64,000 nt of DNA, from positions 1,472,001 through 1,536,000 of the forward strand of contig CBDFIQ010000002.1 in the NCBI GenBank assembly GCA_965248195.1, written 5' to 3'. Origin of the DNA: Longimicrobiales bacterium. Lineage in GTDB: Bacteria; Gemmatimonadota; Gemmatimonadetes; Longimicrobiales; Gaopeijiaceae. The first letter of the stretch is position 1, and each line of letters begins with the position of its first letter. The notes under the pieces were generated by a model. The model ran no database searches and was not told where the DNA came from. It saw only the letters and a list, made by a program, of their open reading frames with translations. The translations under genes were made by a program, and so were the position numbers. This document shows, in pieces, positions 8,980 through 20,798 of this stretch.

Positions 8980-10229
8980 ACATGGTTCCACATTCGTTCG
9001 CCGACAGGTTTTGGGGCTTTGGGGGACAGCAGTCCGCCGCAGCTGTAGGTAATTTGGAGATCACCGCTGATGGCGTTCTCGGAGGCATAATCCTCGCTTC
9101 CCGGAGGATTGGGGTCGTCCCGGCAGACAACTTGGCCGTATATGATCGGCGCCCCCGAGATCTGGCACTGGGAGCCGGCGTAGACCAGTCCCTCGAAGGA
9201 AGCCTCGCCAGCCACCGGGCTCCCATTGATGTTCACGTCTCCCTCGGCCATGATGAGAATGCTGTCCGAGTGGGCCGCGACCACCCAGGGATCCCCCGGC
9301 AACGACAGCGACCCTTCGGTGAGGAACGTGATGGGCAGGGGATTGCCCGGGGAGCCGAGCTGGTGGCCGACTTCGACGTTTTCGGTCATGCAGTAGACGC
9401 CGGGCTGCACGTCGTCGCTGTCCGTAATATATTTATTGGAGCTGAACTTCCAGCCCCACCAGGTTCCACTGGCAAGGTTCCGGGTGGTCATGGTGGCGAC
9501 TTCCGTCCCAAACGGACCGTCGAAGATGTAGTCCGCCTCGGAGCAGTAGTCGGTGGGATCGAGATCGGGGATGGGTGTCTCGGGCACGCCGGACGTCGTA
9601 CTCACCGGGTCCCCCAACGGGTCCTGCAGTGTTCCCGACACGTTTGCCGTGCCCGAGGAAGTCACGTTCCCGTCTACCGTCGCAGTCCCGGAGATCAGCA
9701 GGTCGCCGTTGCTGTGGATGTCCGGGCACGGGCCGAGGATGGTCGGGTTGCCTGCCAATGTCGCGTCACCGCCGAACCCCATGGCGTTATTGACCACCTT
9801 TAAGCTCTTCATCAGGATGCCGACGCGCCGCGTTCCCCCGTTGAGCCCCGGGCTCTGGCCCGTGGATTCGACGGAGAAGAGCCTGTTTGCTGCCGCGTCA
9901 CCGCCGTCGACGCGGCGGTATACCACCTGGTAGCTGCAGCCGTTCGCGAGGGTCGTCCACGATTCTACGAGACTATCTCCGGGATTGGCCAGCAACGTGT
10001 CCATGGCCGACGCGTCCCAGTTCGCGACCGCGTCGTGGATACCTGCTTCGGCGGCGTAGAAGGCAAGGTTCGAGCTGGTCACGGCCGTGGCCGAGAGGAG
10101 CTCGTCCCTAGAGGACTGGAGCGACGCGGCCCCCATCACGCCCAGCAGGAGCAGCGCAAAGACCATGATGGGCAGGACGAACCCCCCGTCGCGGGTCCGG
10201 ACGATGTGGTCGTTGCTTCGGGTGTCCAT
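8973..10229 (-). CDS. PilX-like minor pilin with large C-terminal domain (intact copy 1)
   Basis: GG|FVLPIMVFAL (no E5), AFYAAEAG PilX N-terminal motif, Cys- and Gly-rich C-terminal domain. Confidence 0.85.
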   Translation of the reverse strand: MDTRSNDHIVRTRDGGFVLPIMVFALLLLGVMGAASLQSSRDELLSATAVTSSNLAFYAAEAGIHDAVANWDASAMDTLLANPGDSLVESWTTLANGCSYQVVYRRVDGGDAAANRLFSVESTGQSPGLNGGTRRVGILMKSLKVVNNAMGFGGDATLAGNPTILGPCPDIHSNGDLLISGTATVDGNVTSSGTANVSGTLQDPLGDPVSTTSGVPETPIPDLDPTDYCSEADYIFDGPFGTEVATMTTRNLASGTWWGWKFSSNKYITDSDDVQPGVYCMTENVEVGHQLGSPGNPLPITFLTEGSLSLPGDPWVVAAHSDSILIMAEGDVNINGSPVAGEASFEGLVYAGSQCQISGAPIIYGQVVCRDDPNPPGSEDYASENAISGDLQITYSCGGLLSPKAPKPVGERMWNHVW

Positions 10230-10251
10230 ATATAATCTCCTGTGAAACTCT

Positions 10252-11169
10252 CTAGTTGCCGCGAATGCCTACTCTCAAGCGGAGCGTGTCTGCGAGGTGG
10301 TTGCCGGACCCCTTCCCCTTCCCGGACGCGTACCCCACGTAGTTGGACATGTCCTCACGGCTCTCGGCCTTGAGGAGGATGTCGATACTGGCGACCTCGG
10401 ATGGTGTAGCGGTCTCGGCTCCGGTCACGTCGTAGTAGTGGAAGACCAACCCGCTGTCGGCGGGACTCAGGAGCGGGCCGGCCAGCAGCTCTGGAGTGCC
10501 GGTTCCCGAGACTCTCTGGACGAGCCAGTACCTCCCGTCCACTTCCTCGAGATTGTACGCGACCGGGTGGAAGGCGCGGATGGGTGAGCCGATCTTGAGG
10601 CTGTCGATGATAAGCGACGCGCCCGACAGGTCGATGGCGACCTCGGGGTTGGGTGCATTGACAGTGTCGCCCCAGAAGCAGTCGGGAGCTTTGGTGGCCA
10701 ACCCCGACGGCGAGGCATCCGGGTTGCCTACCGTCAAGAGGTTCCAGACGTCGTCGTCTATGGAGTACGTCAGCACGCTGTCGCCTGCGGCGAACCGTCC
10801 CGAGACACCGTAAACGCCGATCCAACCGGCACTCGTGGAGCAGATGATCCCAGCTGCGTGGACCGCCCTTATGGTTACGTTGTTGGTACCGAGCGTTGTC
10901 AGGTCTCCGCCCGTGGCGGACAGCTCTTGGAGGGCCCACGACAGCATGCCGGCCCCCGTACGTAGGCTTACCTGAGTCTCGAGCTTGGCGCCTTGCACGG
11001 TATAGAGCGCTATCTGGGAGCGGAGGATCGTGAACGCCGCGCCCATGAGCAGACCGGCCACCACTATTGTGATCGCCAGCTCGATCAGTGTGAATCCTCC
11101 TCGGCCTGCGGAAGTCCCACGACGCCGTCGGTGGGCACTCATTCGTTGCCCAAGTCTGAGAATACTCAT
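10252..11169 (-). CDS. PilW-like minor pilin, copy 1
   Basis: GG|FTLIELAITIVV prepilin motif; ends LRVGIRGN. Confidence 0.85.
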   Translation of the reverse strand: MSILRLGQRMSAHRRRRGTSAGRGGFTLIELAITIVVAGLLMGAAFTILRSQIALYTVQGAKLETQVSLRTGAGMLSWALQELSATGGDLTTLGTNNVTIRAVHAAGIICSTSAGWIGVYGVSGRFAAGDSVLTYSIDDDVWNLLTVGNPDASPSGLATKAPDCFWGDTVNAPNPEVAIDLSGASLIIDSLKIGSPIRAFHPVAYNLEEVDGRYWLVQRVSGTGTPELLAGPLLSPADSGLVFHYYDVTGAETATPSEVASIDILLKAESREDMSNYVGYASGKGKGSGNHLADTLRLRVGIRGN

Positions 11170-11570
11170 TTGCCCTTACCCGTACCCTTACCGGGGGCGT
11201 TCCCCAAGGCGGTAGCGGCATAGGTTACGAAGGTGTCGATCGTCACGCCGCCGAGCACGGAAGGACGTTCCACGGTGAGGAGGACGACCTTGGGGTCTGC
11301 CCCCGAGACCGTCCAGGTGATCGGAAATCCCCACACCGTATCCGAGTCCGACGTGACGCTGTCGAACGGAAGCGAGCGCAGCGTCTCCATCTGGTACTGC
11401 ACCGCCGCCGTCGCCTCGGTCATGAACTCTCCGGCCCGGGCCTGTTGCCGGGCCGTGAGCGATTGCTGGACGGCGGCCAAGGCCCCGATCGTGAAAATCA
11501 GCAAGGCGATGAGCACCTCCAGGAGGGAGATGCCCCCCTCGGGCCCCGGCGTACTCGCGTGAGTGCTCAT
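11166..11570 (-). CDS. PilV-like minor pilin, copy 2
   Basis: GG|ISLLEVLIALLIFTIGALA; tandem paralog of the next gene. Confidence 0.85.
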   Translation of the reverse strand: MSTHASTPGPEGGISLLEVLIALLIFTIGALAAVQQSLTARQQARAGEFMTEATAAVQYQMETLRSLPFDSVTSDSDTVWGFPITWTVSGADPKVVLLTVERPSVLGGVTIDTFVTYAATALGNAPGKGTGKGK

Positions 11571-11962
11571 GGGCTACTGCTCTCCACGTTAGAGGTGGCG
11601 TATGTCACGAAGGTGTCCACCGTCGAGCCGCCGAAAACCGTGGGACGTTCCACGGTGAGGAGGACGACCTTGAGGGCTGTCCCCGAGACCGTCCAGGTGA
11701 GCGGAAATCCCCACACCGAGTCCGAGCCCGAGCCGAGGCTGTCGTACGGAAGCGAGCGTAGCGCCTCCATCTGGTACTGCGCGGCCGCCGCCGCCTCGGT
11801 GACGTACTCTCCGACCCTGGCCTGTTGCCGGGCCACGAGCGATTGCTGGACGGCCGCGAGGGCCCCGACCGTGAAAACGATCAAGGAGATCAGCACCTCC
11901 AGGATGGAGACACCGGCTTGGCGCCTCGACGTACTCGTCGACGTATTCGCGCGGATGCTCAT
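11567..11962 (-). CDS. PilV-like minor pilin, copy 1
   Basis: AG|VSILEVLISLIVFTVGALA; ATG at 11962 overlaps the upstream stop (ATGA). Confidence 0.85.
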   Translation of the reverse strand: MSIRANTSTSTSRRQAGVSILEVLISLIVFTVGALAAVQQSLVARQQARVGEYVTEAAAAAQYQMEALRSLPYDSLGSGSDSVWGFPLTWTVSGTALKVVLLTVERPTVFGGSTVDTFVTYATSNVESSSP

Positions 11963-12447
11963 CGGCTCAACAGCAGCCCGGACGCGGTCACCACAAGCGT
12001 GTCCAACTCGTTCCCACGAGCGAATCCGACATCGAGGGCTCCGGTGGTAGGACATGGGGCCGCGGCGGCCACGAGTCCCCGGGCGTCGAAACAAACCAAG
12101 GACCCGGTTGTCATCAGGTTCACATTGATCTCGCTCAGGTCGACGACAGCGCCTACGGTATCCATGACGCCGGATCCAGCCACCGTCGTATCGACCTCGA
12201 CCCAGAAATGATCTGTGGTCTCGTTTACGTGCAGTTCCGCTACCGCTCCGTATCGTACGGCCGCCGTGCGCGCCTTCTGATGGGCCGATCTGAACTGGTT
12301 GGAAGCCCCTCGTACCGCGAACTGGTCCCAGCTCTCACCCATCCGGGGGAGGGCGAGTCCTGCCAGGATCGCAATGATGGTGACCACGAACATCACCTCC
12401 ATGAGAGTGAATCCAGCCTTTTTCATGCGCCTATGCGGCCTCTGCAT
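11959..12447 (-). CDS. type IV minor pilin, FimT/GspH-like
   Basis: KAG|FTLMEVMFVVTIIAIL, ARTAAVRYG and VCFDARG motifs. Confidence 0.85.
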   Translation of the reverse strand: MQRPHRRMKKAGFTLMEVMFVVTIIAILAGLALPRMGESWDQFAVRGASNQFRSAHQKARTAAVRYGAVAELHVNETTDHFWVEVDTTVAGSGVMDTVGAVVDLSEINVNLMTTGSLVCFDARGLVAAAAPCPTTGALDVGFARGNELDTLVVTASGLLLSR

Positions 12448-12559
12448 CGGAGAATGCTCCTACCGATTAGCTCCCTTGGGCCCATCCGGGCTCCAGGGGA
12501 GCGACCCTGGGGGGGTGGTAAACATCTGTCATGGCTTCACACCACAGGCGACTGTAAAC

Positions 12560-12575
12560 GCAAGGGGTATGCCCA
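12560..12575 (-). promoter_or_regulatory. sigma54 promoter of the second minor-pilin operon
   Basis: The minus strand reads TGGGCATACCCCTTGC, i.e. GG-N10-GC with a consensus TTGC -12 box. AT-rich tracts lie upstream at 12660-12700 and 12785-12850. Confidence 0.7.
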
Positions 12576-13018
12576 TGGATCGTGGTATGTGGAAAACCGG
12601 CGAAAGGCCTGGTAACTGAAGGGCTATCGACGATCTCGCCGCCGGGCAGCCGCACGGGAAAAGCGGCAAACATTTCCCATTTTTTGACATTTTTGTCGTG
12701 ACCATCCACAGCCCTTCACCAATGCCCGACCGGAACCGAGTCGGCGCCACACGACCGGTTCGTCCCAAAACGATACCCGAAGCGGCAAAAAAGTGTCGCC
12801 ACGTTGAAAGTTGCCCACACCCCGAGTCGGTTGCAATGATTTTCTTGCGCCAAGGCCGGCGGTGGGCCTGACCCGCCGCTCTGGCCATGTCTGCCACCAA
12901 TTCAACCTTTACCCGTAGATCTTCAGCATAGGTCGGCGCGGCCTCCGCACTGGTCGTGAAGCAGTACGAGGGTCATGTTCGCTCGATGTTCAAGCGCATG
13001 TTCGGATAGCCGACCCAC

Positions 13019-14593
13019 GTGGGCACCCCTGGCACGGATGCCGTAACGCTCCGCTGGGAGCTCCCGCGGAAGCTGGTGCACGTGGGCATGGGGGCCTTCG
13101 CGCTCCTGCTGCGTTGGCTGACGCCGTGGCAGGCTGTGTTCATGGCCGTGGCCGCTCTGATCCTGAATTCGTTTTTTCTCCACGGCATCACACGAGGGGC
13201 CCTGCTGCGCCCCGAGGAACGCGCCTCGGGATTCTCACGTGGGGTCGTACTTTATCCCGCGATCCTGCTTCTGACCTTCATCGTCTTTCGGTCGCGCCTG
13301 GAGCTGGCGGCGGGGATCTGGGCGCTGCTCGCGGTGGGGGACGGGATGGCGGCGCTGTCGGGCCTCGCGCTCCGGGGGCCGCGATTGCCCTGGAATCCCA
13401 AGAAGACATGGTCGGGCCTGGTAGCATTCGTCCTGTTCGGGACGGCGGCGTCCGCCTGGGTCATCCGCTGGGTCCAGCGGGCGGGGACGTGGACGTTGGG
13501 TGGATCCTTGGTGCCCGGCGGACTGGTGACGCTCGGCGGGAGCGACGCATCCGGGCGGATTGGGGGTGCCTTCTTGTTGGGTGAGCCTGTCGGTGCCGCC
13601 AGCGCGGCCGGTGCCGCTGGTGCGGCCAGTGCGGCTGGTGCCGCTGGTGCGGCCAGTGCGGCTGGTGCGGCCGGTGTGGCCGGTGCTTTGGGGTCTCCGT
13701 CATTCCTGGTGATCGGCTGCCTGGTGGCGACCACGGCGGCCGCGCTCGCCGAATCACTGGACACGAAGGCCGACGACAACCTTCTGGTGCCTGTGGTCGG
13801 GGGGGCGGTGCTCTGGGCGGCGACGCTCGTGGACCCGGGATTGTTCGTTGCAGGCGGAGCCTGGCCCGCGGTCTGGCTGACCGGTGTGGCGATCGCGGTG
13901 CCGATCGCGGGCGTAGCCTTCCTAGCCCGTGCGGTGGATCGGTCCGGCGCCGTCGCGGGGGTGCTCCTGGCCACGGTGCTCTACGCGTACGCGGCGTGGC
14001 CCGGGCTAGTGATGCTGGGCGGTCTGATGGTTATCGGCACGGGCGTGACCCGGCTGGGCTACGCGCGCAAGGAGGCGTTGGGTGTGGCGGAGGGGAGGGG
14101 TGGTCGCAGAGGGATCGGCAGCGTGGTGGCCAACGCCGGGGCGGGTGTCGCGTTCGCATTCCTGGCTGGGGTGACGCCCTATTCCGGGGCCTTCACGATC
14201 GCGATGGTCGCGGCGTTCGCCACGGCGCTCTTCGATACTACCGCGACCGAGGTCGGTCAGGCCTTCGGGCGGCGTCACGTACTCGTCACGACCTGGCGGG
14301 CCGTCCCGGAGGGCACCACGGGCGGGGTGTCGGTGGTGGGCACAGTGGCGGGTGTTTTGGGCGCGACCGTCTTGGCGGGTGTGGGATGGGCGATGGGCCT
14401 GGTCGACGGCGCCGTGGTTCCGGCAGTCATCTTCGGGGCGTTTTGCGGGTCGACCCTCGATTCGTTCCTGGGAGCGATCATGGGGAAGGGGAGCCGCTCC
14501 GATCACCACCTTCGTAACCTGGCCAATACGGTGGCCGGGGCCGGCGTGGCTTGGGGGCTGGTGGTTTTGCAGGCGTACGTAGGATCGCGGTGA
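13019..14593 (+). CDS. integral membrane protein, phytol/dolichol-kinase-like N-terminal domain fused to DUF92
   Basis: RKLVH, GDGMAALSG, PWNPKKTWSG and DDNL motifs (cytidylyltransferase/kinase family), then GRRGIGSVVAN, DTTATEVG and GGVS (DUF92). Confidence 0.8.
   Translation: MGTPGTDAVTLRWELPRKLVHVGMGAFALLLRWLTPWQAVFMAVAALILNSFFLHGITRGALLRPEERASGFSRGVVLYPAILLLTFIVFRSRLELAAGIWALLAVGDGMAALSGLALRGPRLPWNPKKTWSGLVAFVLFGTAASAWVIRWVQRAGTWTLGGSLVPGGLVTLGGSDASGRIGGAFLLGEPVGAASAAGAAGAASAAGAAGAASAAGAAGVAGALGSPSFLVIGCLVATTAAALAESLDTKADDNLLVPVVGGAVLWAATLVDPGLFVAGGAWPAVWLTGVAIAVPIAGVAFLARAVDRSGAVAGVLLATVLYAYAAWPGLVMLGGLMVIGTGVTRLGYARKEALGVAEGRGGRRGIGSVVANAGAGVAFAFLAGVTPYSGAFTIAMVAAFATALFDTTATEVGQAFGRRHVLVTTWRAVPEGTTGGVSVVGTVAGVLGATVLAGVGWAMGLVDGAVVPAVIFGAFCGSTLDSFLGAIMGKGSRSDHHLRNLANTVAGAGVAWGLVVLQAYVGSR
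13592..13686 (+). repeat. 27-bp in-frame tandem repeat, about 3 copies (ASAAGAAGA)
   Basis: GCCAGTGCGGCTGGTGCCGCTGGTGCG-type units inside the DUF92 gene. Confidence 0.8.
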
Positions 14594-14814
14594 GCTTCCC
14601 TAGCCACTACCTGCCGCGCTCCCGCTGGGGCTGGATCGCCGTCCTCGCTTTCCTCGGCCTGATGGCGCTCGTCCAGCCGCCCATCGTCTTCTGGGTGGAC
14701 ACACGCTTCGGCTCAGGGTGGGTGCTGGGCATGCCCTTCCTCTACGTCTACCTCGGCGTAGTCTACTTCGCGCTCATCGGGGTCCTGCTCTGGGCCATCC
14801 GGAGAGGCGTCTAG
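14590..14814 (+). CDS. small 2-TM accessory subunit of a sodium:solute symporter (DUF3311-like)
   Basis: GTG overlaps the upstream stop. Carries VLGMPFLYVY and lies directly before an SSS permease. Confidence 0.7.
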   Translation: MSFPSHYLPRSRWGWIAVLAFLGLMALVQPPIVFWVDTRFGSGWVLGMPFLYVYLGVVYFALIGVLLWAIRRGV

Positions 14815-16354
14815 CGCGTGCCAGGCCCGGGGGCGTAGCGCATGGAGACTTGGGTCGTCGCGACGGGGCTGATCTTCCTCTATATCCTCCTCACGATCGT
14901 GCTGGGCTTCCTGGCCAACCGCACGATGTCCGTCGATCTCGAGGACTTTCTCCTGTACGGCCGAAAGGCCGGTTTCGTGGTCCTGTACCTCACGGTCGTG
15001 GCCACGTACCACTCGGCGTTCGCCTTTCTCGGCTCGGGCGGGTTTTTCTACCGGTATGGGATCGGCTTTTGGGAGGCGGGCACGTGGACGGTGCTCACCG
15101 GGGCGATCACCTACACGCTCGGGGTTCGCATCTGGGTTCTCGGTAAACGCTTCGGCTACATCACGCCCGCGGACATGCTGGCCGATTTTTATGAGAGTGA
15201 AGCCGTGCGGGTCGTCGTGGCTCTGGTCTCCGTGCTTTTCACCATCCTCTACATCCAGGTTCAGGCGCAGGGCCTCGGATACATCATCTCGGTGGCCTCC
15301 GGGGACCGGATCTCGTTCGAGATGGGCACCTTGCTCCTCATGATCGTGGCGGGGGGGTACCTGATGGCGGGGGGGCTCAGAGCCGTGTATTGGACGGACG
15401 TAGTCCAGGGCATCTGGATGTATGTGGCCGTGTGGGCGGGAGCCTTGGTTCTGTCGCACCGGCTCTTCGGGGGACCGCTGGCGCTCTGGAAGCGCGTGGC
15501 GGCCGAGAGGCCGGATCTGCTTTCACTCCCGGGACCGGGGGGTTTCTTCACGCCGGGGATGTGGATCGGAATGACGGTCGCGCTGTCGTTCGGGATCGTT
15601 CTCCAACCGCACATACTGATCCGGTACTACACGGCGGCGTCGGGCCGCACGATCAAGTGGCTGGGGGCCACCACGCCGATCTTTCTGATGACGTTATACA
15701 TCCCGGCGGCGCTGGTGGGCCTGGGTGGGGCGATCGTCCTACCGGATCTTGCGATCCCCGATCAGATTTTTCCCGAGCTGCTGGTTCGATTTGCGCCCGC
15801 GTGGCTCACCGGCCTGATTCTGGCGGGAGCCACGGCCGCGGCCATGTCGACACTGGACTCGATCCTTCACGCCAACATGACGGTGCTCACACGCGACGTG
15901 TATCAGCGGTACATCGCCCGGGACCGGGAGGCCGCGCACTACGTGTGGGTCGGACGGGGCATCGTCCTCGGGCTCCTGATCATCGGCTACGTGCTCTCGG
16001 TGCGGACCTTCGGATTCCTCGTGACCCTGGTGACACTCTCCGGGGCCGGGGCGCTGCAGCTCCTACCCGGCACGCTCGGCGTGTGTTATCCGACACGACG
16101 CCCATTCACGAGAGCCGGCGTGCTCGCCGGGGTGGGCGTCGGTCTGACGGTGCTCTACGTGACGCTGGTGATCGTCCCCCACGCGCTCGGGATTCACGGT
16201 GCGATCTGGTCCCTTGGGGCGAATTTCGCGACATGCATCGCGGTGTCCATGATCACGAAGGGGTCCTCCCATGAGACCATCAACCGGATCCACGGCGCCC
16301 TCGAAGACTACGTTTACGGATCGGGGGAAGAAGGGTTGGAGGAGGCGCTCAGAG

Positions 16355-18829
<2,475 letters not shown>

Positions 18830-18967
18830 CGGAATAAAACCGTGGAGGTGGCAGCTCGTGGGGCCACCGATTTCGGACCCACCAAGTCTAACGTTGGTAT
18901 GAAGCTACGGTCCACGGGTAGAGACGTGGCTCGCCGGGCTCGAGGTTTCCTTCTTCGGGGAGCACAT

Positions 18968-20254
18968 GTGACGACAATCGGGTCCGGTCGCTATCGCTCG
19001 AGAGGGCTTCCTTCGGCCCTGATGATCCTCTCGCTTCTAGGCCCCTTGCCGGCCGCCGGTGGTCAAGCGCAGCTCGACGGCGAGTACGGCCTCTGGGTGA
19101 CGGACAGCGGGGGGGAGTTGGGGGTGGGGTGGCTCCTGTCCCGAGCCGAGGTCGGAGTCCTGGAGGTTTTCTCCGAAGGTCGCAGTGTCCACCGGGTTGA
19201 GACCCCGCTCAGTCAGGCCCACTTCACGACCTTCCCCCGCCCGGGTGGAGATACGGTGCTCCTCCGCTACGGTGCGTTGGGGGCGGAGGACTTGCACGCC
19301 ACGGTGCTTGATCTGCGCGAGGAGGTGCCACGGGTGCTCGAAGTCCTTTCGGGGGTTGATTCGCTCTATGTGATCGGAGACGTGCACGGAGAATACGACC
19401 GACTCCTCGGCCTCCTCGGGAACGCCGGACTCATCGATACGGAGGGGCAGTGGGTCGGGGGAGGGAGCCACGTGGTATTCCTCGGGGACGTCTTCGATCG
19501 TGGCGCGGACGTCACGCGGACCCTGTGGTTTCTTTATGAACTGGAGCGCCAGGCGCGGGCGGGGGGAGGAGGCGCCCACGTGGTGCTGGGGAACCACGAG
19601 ACCATGATCTTCACGGAGGACCTCCGCTACGTCTCCGCGAAGGAGCAACTCATTGCCCGCCTACACGGCGCGTCCTATACGGACCTGTTCGATATTCGGC
19701 ATTCCTTGCTCGGCCGCTGGCTGGTCGGCCGGCCGGGTCTGATGAAGGTGAACGAGGTGCTACTCGCGCATGGTGGTGTGGCACCGGGCTCGAGCCGCCG
19801 CTCGGTCGAGGCGGTGAACGATTCGATGTGGACGTTCATGTCGGAGGACCTCTTCTACCGGTGGGCAGACACGACCCTGGCCCTGGTCACGGACTCCGCC
19901 ACGGCCGAGCAGCTAGCGGACCAGTACGCGCGTGTGATCGTGATGGACCCGGCGGCCCTCGCGCGGCGGACCGGACTCCTCTTCGACGAGACCGGCATCC
20001 TCTGGTTCCGAGGTTACGTGCAAACAGACACGTTGACGTCGGCCCTCGAGGGCGTCCTGGACGAATTCGGGGTGGAAGTCCACGTCGTGGCTCATACACC
20101 CGTGAGATCGATCCAGTCTCTGTACGATGGAAAGATCTTGGCTGTGGACCTCGAGAGGCCGGCTACCGAAATGCTGTTGCTCGTGTGGGACGCCGGTGGG
20201 GGTCGGTACCAGCGATGGAGGGTCGGTCTGGCCACTCCCCCCGAGCCGTTCTAA
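18968..20254 (+). CDS. exported calcineurin-like metallophosphoesterase (Shewanella-like phosphatase)
   Basis: GDVHG, GDVFDRG, GNHE, HGG and AHT motifs after a signal-peptide-like stretch. The start is refined to the GTG at 18968. Confidence 0.85.
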   Translation: MTTIGSGRYRSRGLPSALMILSLLGPLPAAGGQAQLDGEYGLWVTDSGGELGVGWLLSRAEVGVLEVFSEGRSVHRVETPLSQAHFTTFPRPGGDTVLLRYGALGAEDLHATVLDLREEVPRVLEVLSGVDSLYVIGDVHGEYDRLLGLLGNAGLIDTEGQWVGGGSHVVFLGDVFDRGADVTRTLWFLYELERQARAGGGGAHVVLGNHETMIFTEDLRYVSAKEQLIARLHGASYTDLFDIRHSLLGRWLVGRPGLMKVNEVLLAHGGVAPGSSRRSVEAVNDSMWTFMSEDLFYRWADTTLALVTDSATAEQLADQYARVIVMDPAALARRTGLLFDETGILWFRGYVQTDTLTSALEGVLDEFGVEVHVVAHTPVRSIQSLYDGKILAVDLERPATEMLLLVWDAGGGRYQRWRVGLATPPEPF

Positions 20255-20329
20255 CAAAGACATCCCCCTTCGAGGATGGCGCTTCGGCGGGGACGTGGCG
20301 AGGACGCCCAGTTCCGGCTAGGGCGTTCG

Positions 20330-20566
20330 TCAGTCGAGGCGTCGATCGCCCTTACGGCGCTTAACCGTTCGCCGTGGGTTCTCACTGCGTCGGGGCTCTC
20401 CTGATCTCCGATCGCTTTCGCGCTTTTCCTCGCTGACCTCCTCCTCCGAGGATCGGCGGATCCAGATCCGGCGACCCGGACCGGCTCGCCTTTCGCGGGG
20501 CAGCTCGCGCCTCTCGGCGACCCGCCGCTCTTCCTTTCGGCCTTCGTCGCGATCGGAATCGTCCAT
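20330..20566 (-). CDS. small Arg/Glu-rich protein with tandem (E/D)RR...RR motifs
   Basis: AGGAGG RBS before the ATG at 20566; 78 aa. Confidence 0.65.
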   Translation of the reverse strand: MDDSDRDEGRKEERRVAERRELPRERRAGPGRRIWIRRSSEEEVSEEKRESDRRSGEPRRSENPRRTVKRRKGDRRLD

Positions 20567-20798
20567 CGTTCTACCTCCTGCCTGATGACGTCCCCGAGGC
20601 CGACCTACGGTCAAGTGTGGTGTTCCAGAAGTGTCTCACACCACACCTGAGGACTATCTAACTTATACGCCACCGTCGGAGGCATGTGAAGGGCTGGGCG
20701 CGGCCGGAGGCCTGTGGAAGGAGTACAGTGGGCCGCGACCCGTGCTATCGCACGGGTACCACCCGAGCCATCGCACGGGCACCCGGGAGGCCACGGTC

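Noticed and set aside
6750..12447. Shufflon / site-specific inversion system for pilin tips
   Set aside because: All cassettes are co-oriented, and no flanking short inverted recombination sites or adjacent recombinase were seen.
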